Assembly (NCBI GenBank): GCA_028682915.1
Contig: JAJRAN010000135.1
Span: 1 to 56,369, forward strand
DNA: 56,369 nt
Direction of reading: 5' to 3'
Origin: Methanomassiliicoccales archaeon
GTDB taxonomy: Archaea > Thermoplasmatota > Thermoplasmata > Methanomassiliicoccales > UBA472
Positions 9,360 through 17,366 of the stretch are shown here, piece after piece. The notes under the pieces were generated by a model. That model was given only the letters and a program-made list of their open reading frames with translations. It was not told the DNA's origin and ran no database searches. Each line of letters starts with the position of its first letter. Within the stretch, counting starts at the first letter, position 1. A program made the position numbers and the translations under genes.

Positions 9360-9681
9360 GAAGCTGAGGCTGACCCTGCTTTCCTTCGCCTGCTGCAATC
9401 CCAAGCTGGGGGTGCACGACAAGGCCTACCTCGAGAGGATCAAGGAGGCCCTGGCCAAGGTCGGGGCCGAGGCGGACATCGAGCTGGTGCACGCCACGGA
9501 CGCCATGATGTCCAAGAGGTACGGCTTCATGTCCGAGATCATCCCTCTGTTCGACAAGTATGGCCAGGCCGTGACCCCGGCCTTGTTCGTGGACCACAAG
9601 CTGGAGCTGTATGGCGGCGTCCCGACCGTGGAGAAGCTGATAGAGGTTCTGGGCAAGCACCTCAAGAACGAAGCCGTCTGA
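9352..9681 (+). CDS. ArsD-like / thioredoxin-fold small protein with vicinal cysteines
   Basis: FACCNP near the N-terminus and TPALFVDHKL..YGGVPTVEKL at the C-terminus, resembling the ArsD layout; overlaps the ArsA-family stop. Confidence 0.6.
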   Translation: MTEKLRLTLLSFACCNPKLGVHDKAYLERIKEALAKVGAEADIELVHATDAMMSKRYGFMSEIIPLFDKYGQAVTPALFVDHKLELYGGVPTVEKLIEVLGKHLKNEAV

Positions 9682-9757
9682 AGGGAGCCAGAAGCTTCCC
9701 GGCCGTCCGGCGCATTCTTGCCAATCCATTTATCGACGTAGAGTTCTAATCGGTCCG

Positions 9758-10567
9758 ATGAGCGAGCGTTTGAAGGAGGACCTCAGGACCAGATGCGAGG
9801 AGCTGGGCATACGCATGATGGGCGTTGCCCCTGTAGAACGTTGGGACACTCCGCCCTTCGACCCCTGGATACCGGAGGAGTTCCGGCCAAGGGCGATCTT
9901 CCCCGAAGCCAGGTCCGTGGTAGTGATCGGACTGCCAATCACCCTACCGGTGCTCGAGACCTCTCCCTCCATTCATTATCACCAGCTATACAAGACAGTG
10001 AACGAGATTCTCGACCAGTCGACCTATTGGATCTCGAACTTCCTCAACGAGCAAGGCCATGCATCGCTCTTCATCCCCAGGGATGGCTACGGTCATATCC
10101 AACTGATGAAGGAGAGGCCTTTGGCCTTCTTCTCGCACCGCCACGCCGCCTATCTGGCTGGGTTGGGCACCTTCGGCCTTAATAACATGATATTGACCAA
10201 GGAATACGGCCCAAGGGTCAGATTCGGCAGCGTGCTCACGAGCGCCGTCATTCCTGGCGACCCGATAATGGCCGAGCAGTTGTGCACAAGATGCCTGCGG
10301 TGCGTGGACATCTGCCCGGTGAGAGCCCTGGGGGATGAGGACTACCCAAGGAGCTTGACCAATAAAACCGATTGCGCCAGCAGGGCCGTGGAACTTGCGG
10401 GCAAGTTTGCTTCCCCTTGCGGCTTCTGCATTAAAGTCTGCCCTATTGGCGATGACCGCAGGCTTTACCATCGGGAGGACCTGGACATCTACGATGAAGA
10501 GGACCCGAAATATAAAGCCCATCACCAGGCTTGGAAGCACACCCGGTCGTACGGATCGAGGAAATAG
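9758..10567 (+). CDS. Epoxyqueuosine reductase/reductive dehalogenase-like 4Fe-4S protein
   Basis: FSHRHAAYLAGLGTFGLNNMILTKEYGPRVRFGSVLT, CTRCLRCVDICP and C...CGFCIKVCP motifs. Confidence 0.85.
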   Translation: MSERLKEDLRTRCEELGIRMMGVAPVERWDTPPFDPWIPEEFRPRAIFPEARSVVVIGLPITLPVLETSPSIHYHQLYKTVNEILDQSTYWISNFLNEQGHASLFIPRDGYGHIQLMKERPLAFFSHRHAAYLAGLGTFGLNNMILTKEYGPRVRFGSVLTSAVIPGDPIMAEQLCTRCLRCVDICPVRALGDEDYPRSLTNKTDCASRAVELAGKFASPCGFCIKVCPIGDDRRLYHREDLDIYDEEDPKYKAHHQAWKHTRSYGSRK

Positions 10568-10615
10568 ACCCGAATGAAGGGTCGGACTTCCTGGGCTTTG
10601 GGAATGTAAAATCGC

Positions 10616-10843
10616 CTAAGGCAGCTCCGTCTTGGCCAGGAAGTAGGAGACGGCCATGTTCTTCCTCTTCACCTTCACGACTCCCTTCTTCTCCAGCTCC
10701 TGCAATGCGTTCATGCATTGGGCCTTCGGCAACTTCGACAGGGCGGTGACCTTCTCAGCGCTGAGCGCCTTCTCCTCGCCAATAACAGCAGCCAGTTTCA
10801 TCGCGTTGAATAATTTCTCAGCTTGAGGTGTGACATTAGCCAT
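10616..10843 (-). CDS. Small basic winged-HTH protein
   Basis: 75 aa, Lys-rich, ALQELEKKGVV...YFL wing pattern; BRE/TATA-like CGATAGTTATAT upstream on the minus strand. Confidence 0.75.
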   Translation of the reverse strand: MANVTPQAEKLFNAMKLAAVIGEEKALSAEKVTALSKLPKAQCMNALQELEKKGVVKVKRKNMAVSYFLAKTELP

Positions 10844-11013
10844 ATTACTGGAAGAAAGTTAGCCAGTGCATATAACTATCGGTCTAGAGCCGGTGAGATG
10901 GGACGTGAGACACAAAGCAAACCAAATGCAACTTGGTTACATCATTTTGCCCTCTCTGAGCAGCGATAGATTTATCGGCCAATCCATAACTACTGGCATG
11001 GAACTGATGTGCT

Positions 11014-11430
11014 GTGCCCGATAAGAAAAGCATACTATTCATTTGCACACACAACGCCGCCCGATCACAGATGGCAGAGGGGCTGGTGAATCAGATTCTC
11101 GCAGAAAGCTATGTCGCTCAGAGCGCTGGCACGAAGCCCAGTCGCGTACACCCCCTGGCCATCGAAGCCATGGCAGAGGTCGGTATCGACATCTCGAAGC
11201 AAAGGTCGAAGCGACTGGACGAACTCATGGGATATGATTTCGACGTTGTGGTCACCCTTTGCGCCGATGCTGAGGAAATTTGCCCTTTCTTCCCCGGAAA
11301 AGAGCATATGCACCAAGGTTTCCAAGACCCAGCATCAATCGATGGCGATCATGATGAGGTGCTGGCCGTGTTCCGAAGAGTTCGCGATGAGATCCGAGGG
11401 TGGATCGAGGTAACATTCGGCCCTAGGTGA
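11014..11430 (+). CDS. arsC: Arsenate reductase, LMW-PTP (thioredoxin-coupled) family
   Basis: CTHNAARSQMAEG P-loop, TLC....CP resolving cysteines, DP, FRRVRDEI. Confidence 0.9.
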   Translation: MPDKKSILFICTHNAARSQMAEGLVNQILAESYVAQSAGTKPSRVHPLAIEAMAEVGIDISKQRSKRLDELMGYDFDVVVTLCADAEEICPFFPGKEHMHQGFQDPASIDGDHDEVLAVFRRVRDEIRGWIEVTFGPR

Positions 11431-11592
11431 GTCTCTGAGCTCGATCCCATGGCATCCCCCGAGAATGGGATAGATGAAGAAGGGGGATCAGCGGAGGAAT
11501 CTTAGACTCTCGCAGACCGCTCGCTTGGAGGATTTGGAACGGTCGCGTTTTGCCCGAAATGCTGCCCATCGTATTCGAGATGCCTCAGGGGA

Positions 11593-12168
11593 TCATCTGA
11601 ACTTGGGAAGGCAACGACCTGTCTCGAGCGAGTAGGTGTGATACTCGCTTCCGAACTTCTCCCGCATCATCTTCTCTTCCTGAGGTACGCGCACGAAATA
11701 GAATACCGCGAAAACGGCGAGGAATATCAGGCCAACAATTGCGTTCTGGATTAGGAGGGGTGTGGCGAAGGCATACAGCCAAAGCGAGGCGTACATGGGA
11801 TGGCGGATACGCCGATAGACCCCGTTCCTGACCAATGTGTGCTCACCTGCGATATGCGGGGTGAGGGCGAAGTTGGTGCCCAGGTCGGAATGGGACCTCC
11901 ATAGCAGGTAGACGGACAGCACCATCAGGGCGGCGCCTATCCAGGCTAGCTGATCGGGCAAGTGGTAGTTGGCGAAATCGACCCAAGGGGTCAGGATGTA
12001 TGCCAAAGGGATGACCATGCTCACCGCGATCATCACCACCAGGAAGCGGTCAAGGGGGGAGCTCTTGCCCACCTCCCTTTCCTCGATCCCCATCATGAAG
12101 AACACGCGAATGTACAGCGAGGCCGCCGCGCAGATCACGTAGATGAGGGAAAATACGCTGATATTCAT
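11593..12168 (-). CDS. Isoprenylcysteine carboxyl methyltransferase family membrane protein
   Basis: LV..GVYRRIRHPMY and RVPQEEKMM...FG..Y motifs; a TTATATA box at ~12205-12211 favours the 12168 start. Confidence 0.88.
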   Translation of the reverse strand: MNISVFSLIYVICAAASLYIRVFFMMGIEEREVGKSSPLDRFLVVMIAVSMVIPLAYILTPWVDFANYHLPDQLAWIGAALMVLSVYLLWRSHSDLGTNFALTPHIAGEHTLVRNGVYRRIRHPMYASLWLYAFATPLLIQNAIVGLIFLAVFAVFYFVRVPQEEKMMREKFGSEYHTYSLETGRCLPKFR

Positions 12169-12367
12169 TCCGTTCCTCTGGGAATGCGCCTTAGGCATTC
12201 AGGCTATATAATGGCCTCTTGCTCATTGACAATTCCCGCGAAGCACCAGAGGACGGATCTCAGCGCCTTGTCCTTGGTGCTTCTCTTTGTTAGGTTGTTC
12301 CATCACCGTCGGTCGCTTATGTCCTACCTGTTAGGTTAGATGCTTCTGGTGACAAGTGGAACGGGAG

Positions 12368-12442
12368 CGGGCCCGTGGGGATTTGAACCCCAGTCTTTGG
12401 CTTCGAAGGCCAAAAGGATAATCCAGACTACCCTACGGGCCC
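12368..12442 (-). tRNA. tRNA-Arg(UCG), no intron, CCA not encoded
   Basis: GGGCCCG/CGGGCCC acceptor stem; TTGGC-CTTCGAA-GCCAA anticodon arm; TGGGG-TTCAAAT-CCCCA T-arm. Confidence 0.95.
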
Positions 12443-12562
12443 GAGTAATCCTGGTTATGCGGCTTTCCCAGATAAGCCTTTGTCCCGTTGAAGGGAGCGC
12501 CTTGCGCTCAATCGGATGACTTTGGATAAGGATTAAAGGGCGAGGTGCGCAATCGCCGGGTC

Positions 12563-13609
12563 ATGAAGCGGGTCACGATGGGGCACGGCGCAGGCGGGGA
12601 GATGATGCAGGAGCTCATTCACTCCCACATCATTCCCTTCCTGCCGCAGGTCAATGGCGAGGTGCCATTGCAATCCTTCGATGACTCAGCGGTCGTTGAC
12701 GGCATAGTCTTCACGACCGATGGCCACACTGTCAAGCCCCTATTCTTTCCCGGAGGGGATATAGGGTCCTTGAGCGTGTGCGGAACGGTGAACGACATCT
12801 CCGTTATGGGCGGTCAACCGCTGGCGATATCCTGCTCCATGATACTTGAAGAAGGCTTGGAGATCGAGGTGCTTGAGAAGGTCGCCAAGAGCATCGGCGA
12901 CACGTCCAGGTTATGCGGCGTCCCGGTGGTCACCGGCGACACCAAGGTCATGGAGTCGGGCAAAATAGAGAGAATGGTGATCTCCACCTCTGGAATCGGA
13001 CGGAGGAGCCCGTTCTTAGACCACGACTTGAAGATCGCATCTTCTTATCGCAAGGTAGATTCCAGATGGATGACCGATGACAATCTAAGGGAGGGCGACA
13101 TGCTGATCGTCACGGGGACGGTCGGCGACCACGGAATCGCCCTTCTGTCCTTCAGGGAGGGTTACGGTTTTGAGAGCCAGGTCCAGAGCGATATCGCCCC
13201 GATGAACCATCTGGTGGAGCGTATCCTGCAGGTAGGCGGAGCGGTTTGCATGAAGGACCCGACCAGGGGGGGCCTCGCCAATGCTGTCAACGAATGGGCA
13301 TCCAAATCCAAGGTCGGAATCGAGGTGGAGGAGAGCGCCATACCCATCTCTGACCCGGTCCACAACGCTTGCGAGCTTCTTGGGCTCGACCCCTTGACCA
13401 TCGGGAACGAGGGAAAGATGATCGTTGGCGTGGTCCCAGAGATGGCAGAGGAGGTCCTCAAGGCCATCCGCCATGACCGATATGGGAAGGACGCGGCCAT
13501 CATAGGGAGAGCCACGTCGAAGGTCAAGGGCGTGGTCCTTCGCACCGAGGTCGGAGGCAAGAGGATACTCGAGCCTCCGGTCGGGGATCCAGTCCCTCGT
13601 ATCTGCTGA
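12563..13609 (+). CDS. hypE: Hydrogenase maturation protein HypE
   Basis: HGAGG, TTDGHTVKPLFFPGGDIG, GTVND, GDTKV, DPTRGG and C-terminal PRIC. Confidence 0.97.
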   Translation: MKRVTMGHGAGGEMMQELIHSHIIPFLPQVNGEVPLQSFDDSAVVDGIVFTTDGHTVKPLFFPGGDIGSLSVCGTVNDISVMGGQPLAISCSMILEEGLEIEVLEKVAKSIGDTSRLCGVPVVTGDTKVMESGKIERMVISTSGIGRRSPFLDHDLKIASSYRKVDSRWMTDDNLREGDMLIVTGTVGDHGIALLSFREGYGFESQVQSDIAPMNHLVERILQVGGAVCMKDPTRGGLANAVNEWASKSKVGIEVEESAIPISDPVHNACELLGLDPLTIGNEGKMIVGVVPEMAEEVLKAIRHDRYGKDAAIIGRATSKVKGVVLRTEVGGKRILEPPVGDPVPRIC

Positions 13610-14197
13610 TCAAACCAGCTTCTCTATGTAGAAGCAGATGACGAAGGCGATCGCGCCTATGATTGCCATCCTCGCTCCCTGGACCCAGGGATTGCGTCCG
13701 CCGGAGCGGCCCATGAGAACCCCCGTGATGAAAAGGACTCCGATGGCCAAAGCGATCGCGATCCAGGCGGCAGTGGTGATATCTGCGTGCAATAATACGA
13801 ATGGGCTGAGTATGACCAAGCCCACCAGTAAGGGAGCCATGAAGATCACCAAGGAGATGAGCAGCATGCTGGACCTCGCCGACCTGCCGATGTGTGTGTC
13901 ATCCAAGGGACGAAGCATCGCTTTCTCGATCTCGTCGATGCGCTTGCTCTGCTCCAGATTCTCGGCCTCGTAAGTACTGACGCCTGTCGATATGCCTAAA
14001 GCGACGGAGCTCGTCAATATGGTGACGACGGTCAACCTCGTGTTGGGGTCGCCTGAGAAGGCGGACCCGATTATGATGCCGAGCATAACGAAGGTGGAGT
14101 CGAATACCGTGTTCACTAAATACCTGCGGATGGTCGGCCACGTGCCCGGCGTGCTCAACGCTGCTTTGATGCCTTCGGAAATCCTGCTGCGAACCAT
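13610..14197 (-). CDS. VIT1/CCC1-family membrane transporter
   Basis: RRYLVNTVFD, ALGISTGVSTYEAE and five TM segments. Confidence 0.75.
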   Translation of the reverse strand: MVRSRISEGIKAALSTPGTWPTIRRYLVNTVFDSTFVMLGIIIGSAFSGDPNTRLTVVTILTSSVALGISTGVSTYEAENLEQSKRIDEIEKAMLRPLDDTHIGRSARSSMLLISLVIFMAPLLVGLVILSPFVLLHADITTAAWIAIALAIGVLFITGVLMGRSGGRNPWVQGARMAIIGAIAFVICFYIEKLV

Positions 14198-14362
14198 CGT
14201 CGTAGACCGGGATAGCAAACACGCGATGCAGGTATTCTATCGTTTCGGTGCCTCCCGGGATATTCGCGAGACCGCAAAAATGCTGGAACGGTCGACAATC
14301 GGGGGCAGCCCGTTTCCTTCAATGATAAATGCCTATTTTTTAGACAATCCAGTAAAGCCAGA

Positions 14363-14383
14363 AAATTGCACAATTTATAAATA
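14363..14383 (+). promoter_or_regulatory. Strong TATA box (TTTATAAATA) overlapped by the palindrome AAATTG-CA-CAATTT
   Basis: Lies ~100 nt upstream of the secreted metalloprotease ATG. Confidence 0.5.
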
Positions 14384-14478
14384 GTCAGCGACTGAATAAT
14401 TGCCCTTACGAGTGTGGACGTCACTAGAGGGTTAATTCTATCGTTAGCCCAGGTGGCGGAATGTAAAGGAGGGGCAAG

Positions 14479-17145
14479 ATGCTTAGAAGTACAGCTAAGA
14501 TTCTCAGCATAGCGATTGTGCTAGCAATGGTGCTGGGTGCGTTCGCCGTCGTAGCGCCGGCATTGAGCGCGCCTACTACACCAGCGGCTACGGATGTGGC
14601 GAATATCGCCGATCCCGAGCCAATGTATGCGGGAGAGGAATACAGGAACCAGAACCTTGACTACAGTGCCATGGCCCAAGACCTTGATTCGGTCAGCGGG
14701 AATGCCCTGGCAGCTCCTGGCAATAATTATGCGAATGGTTCGATTGCCAGGTACTACGTGGGCAGCTACGGCAAGTGGGCTTATAACGAGACGGGCGCCA
14801 CTGGCTATATGCAGTTCGAAAAGATGGCGGAGACCACGCACTGCGAGCTTTGGGTCGCGACCGACCTGACGTTCCCTGTGGGAGACCCACGCAATGCTCT
14901 GACCCAGCAATTGACCGTCAACGTCTCACAGGCCCAATATATGGCCAAGCACTTCGAAACTGTGGTCTATCCGAATATGACCGCGTTTTACGGAGCTCCA
15001 CCTCAGATCGATGGAGAGAACTCTTGGTTCAAGGCCCAAGGCAGGCCCTACTTCGGGACGAATGTCACCGGAAGGGTCATGATCATGGCCTTCAACATCG
15101 TCGATGAGTCTTTCTGGGACTCGAGCTACCCGAGCTACATCGTCGGTTACTTCTCGCCTGACATGGATGGCCTGTACGACAGGAACATCATCCATATGGA
15201 TATCTGGGACTGGCAGAACAGGACCACTGGCTCATCTGCAAGGCCGTGGGTATACGAATCCACCTTGGCCCATGAGTACCAGCACCTGCTTAACAACTTC
15301 TTCAACCCTGACCAGATTTCCTTCGTCAACGAAGGTTGCTCCATGTATGCCGAGGTAGTATGCGGATACGGCATCGACATGAGCTACGTCAACCGGTTCT
15401 TCTACACCCCGGACAACTCACTAGTTGACTGGGGCGACCAAGGGCAGATCAATATCCTTGCCGACTATGGAGCGGCGGCATTGTTCACCGCCTGGCTAGC
15501 AGACCACTTCGGACCGGAGATGGTCCAGGCCATGGTCCATAGCGAAGGCACAACGGGAATCGACTCCGTCAACTTTGCCTTCGGGGAGATTGGTGCCACT
15601 GGATGGGACTTCAACAAGGCCTTCATTTATTGGCGCTTGGCCAACCTCATCCTGAGCGACACGCCTGGCAATGGATGGTTCAACTATAAGTCCGTGGACG
15701 CCGCCTCGAACTCCGTGGGCGGGCCGAGAGTGTATGACTGGTATCCGTATTGGGACGGGCCGGTCTGGTCCGGCGGGATGGACTTCGGAACCACCGCTAC
15801 CTACGATGGCTATACCACTGGCATACGCAACCTGGGGGCCTATGGTACTGACTACATCTACATCGATGGAGCGGACGATAACTATTGGTCAGAGGGCTTT
15901 AACCCAGAGGAGCTCAAGTTCGTCTTCGCTGGCGATGCCATGAGCTCGAAGGGCTGGCAAATGGCCCAGGTTCCAGAAGGCACCGGCGACCTGATTTGGG
16001 GCGAGAACTTCAACAGCGGGAGCTGGGGCAACTGGATACCGATGAGCGTGGGATCAATCGCTGGTGGCGGCCCATGGAGCTTGGTAAACGCTGGCGGCGG
16101 GGACTACTACGCAGCAGTTGATGGTTGGGCTTCAGGCGACCCGTTCGACGCGAACGTGTACCAGTACGAACGGTTGTACTATTGGGCCTATATCGACCTC
16201 TGGGACTACAACAAGGCCACGCTGACCTTCGATATGGACTTCAAGATGGGTAGCGACTATGATTACGGCAGGGTTCGCTACTCTGTGGATGGAGGTAGCG
16301 TATTCCAGACCTTGGGTCTGTGGTATGATGACTTCAGTGGGACCTATACCATCGATGTCTCCGACCTGACAGGTTTCAACGTTATCCTGAGATGGGACTA
16401 TCTGACCTGGGGCGGAGATGAATTTGGGGACCCCGGCCACATGTACATCGATAACGTGGCCATCAACGAAGTCACCACAACCACTGGCTGGTGGTCCGAC
16501 AAGGGCGACCTGGTCGACTACAGCCTGATGACCACGCTGGACCTGACCGGAATGGAGACGGCCGTCCTTAACCTGAACACCGCTTGGGACATCGAGCCCT
16601 ATTGGGACTTCGGATTCGTCCAGGTATCCACCGATGGCGAGAACTGGACCTCCGTAGCGAACGAGTACACGACCTCGGACCATGATGGCTCAGCAATGGA
16701 CACGATCGTCGAGAACCTGCCTGGTATAACCGGCAGCTCTGGCGGTTACGTGATGTCCAGCTATGACCTGAGCGAGTGGGCGGGACAGGTTGTGCAGGTA
16801 AGGCTAAGGTACATGACCGACTGGGGCACCAGCCTCGGTGGATGGTTTGTGAAGGGCGCGGACCTCAATGGAGAGGAGATCGCCATGGACGCATGGACGT
16901 CTAGCACCCCGGCGGAGACCAACCACTGGCTAGTGACGCTGTACTTCCCTGGTGCGACTGGCATGGACAGCGGAGTCTACATGCTGCCCATCATGACCAC
17001 CCTAACATTGGACGAGGTCAGCCAGACGGTCCTGCGAACCTTAACCAGCTTCACCGAGTACCCTGAGATGTATGTCATCATCAGCCCGATGATCGGGAAC
17101 GCTGACTACATGTTCGGGTTCGGCAACGAATGGGTTTGGGACTAA
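14479..17145 (+). CDS. Secreted zinc metalloprotease (M30/immune inhibitor A-like) with C-terminal beta-sandwich domains
   Basis: Signal peptide; STLAHEYQHL and NEG zincin motifs; WDIEPYWDFGFVQVSTDG and LRYMTD InhA-type domain; SD AGGAGG. Confidence 0.85.
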   Translation: MLRSTAKILSIAIVLAMVLGAFAVVAPALSAPTTPAATDVANIADPEPMYAGEEYRNQNLDYSAMAQDLDSVSGNALAAPGNNYANGSIARYYVGSYGKWAYNETGATGYMQFEKMAETTHCELWVATDLTFPVGDPRNALTQQLTVNVSQAQYMAKHFETVVYPNMTAFYGAPPQIDGENSWFKAQGRPYFGTNVTGRVMIMAFNIVDESFWDSSYPSYIVGYFSPDMDGLYDRNIIHMDIWDWQNRTTGSSARPWVYESTLAHEYQHLLNNFFNPDQISFVNEGCSMYAEVVCGYGIDMSYVNRFFYTPDNSLVDWGDQGQINILADYGAAALFTAWLADHFGPEMVQAMVHSEGTTGIDSVNFAFGEIGATGWDFNKAFIYWRLANLILSDTPGNGWFNYKSVDAASNSVGGPRVYDWYPYWDGPVWSGGMDFGTTATYDGYTTGIRNLGAYGTDYIYIDGADDNYWSEGFNPEELKFVFAGDAMSSKGWQMAQVPEGTGDLIWGENFNSGSWGNWIPMSVGSIAGGGPWSLVNAGGGDYYAAVDGWASGDPFDANVYQYERLYYWAYIDLWDYNKATLTFDMDFKMGSDYDYGRVRYSVDGGSVFQTLGLWYDDFSGTYTIDVSDLTGFNVILRWDYLTWGGDEFGDPGHMYIDNVAINEVTTTTGWWSDKGDLVDYSLMTTLDLTGMETAVLNLNTAWDIEPYWDFGFVQVSTDGENWTSVANEYTTSDHDGSAMDTIVENLPGITGSSGGYVMSSYDLSEWAGQVVQVRLRYMTDWGTSLGGWFVKGADLNGEEIAMDAWTSSTPAETNHWLVTLYFPGATGMDSGVYMLPIMTTLTLDEVSQTVLRTLTSFTEYPEMYVIISPMIGNADYMFGFGNEWVWD

Positions 17146-17157
17146 ACGCAAAAAACC

Positions 17158-17202
17158 CTTTTCCCTTTTATCTTTTATTTTTTCTTTTCTTGCTTATGTT
17201 TT
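17158..17202 (+). terminator. Archaeal oligo-T terminator
   Basis: Multiple T-tracts immediately after the protease stop codon. Confidence 0.65.
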
Positions 17203-17228
17203 AATATGAACTAGATACTCTGGGGAGC

Positions 17229-17336
17229 GGGCTCATGGTCTAGCGGTCATGAGGTCGCCTGGAACTCCCAAACGGCCTGGCAAACAACGCCCTTACACGG
17301 CGTAGATCGCCGGTTCGAATCCGGCTGAGCCCACCA
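17229..17336 (+). tRNA. tRNA-Val(UAC) with a 32-nt intron at position 23/24 (17252-17283); CCA encoded
   Basis: GGGCTCA/TGAGCCC acceptor; ACGCC-CTTACAC-GGCGT anticodon arm; GCCGG-TTCGAAT-CCGGC T-arm; D-stem completes only after intron removal. Confidence 0.92.
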
Positions 17337-17366
17337 CCTATCACCCTGAAAAAAAGGTCGTTGCAT

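Noticed and set aside
10920..10938. AACCAA-N7-TTGGTT dyad between the wHTH gene and arsC; CGATATCG upstream of the ArsA-family gene
   Set aside because: Short arms, and the two sites share no motif, so there is insufficient support for an operator.
8300..12442. Arsenic-type cluster as an island integrated at tRNA-Arg(UCG)
   Set aside because: No integrase and no duplicated tRNA 3' end (att site) found; the compositional shift is slight.
14394..14477. Riboswitch-like alternative pairing of TTGCCCT with AGGGTTAATT or with the SD region GGGGCAA
   Set aside because: The TATA box at 14374 predicts a TSS near 14404, so part of the required strand is probably not transcribed; no known aptamer recognised.
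17221..17228. tRNA-Val leader GGGAGC is complementary to the GCTCCC at the 3' ends of both tRNA-Arg genes (split/trans-spliced tRNA idea)
   Set aside because: Only 6-7 nt, and all four tRNA genes are complete cloverleaves.
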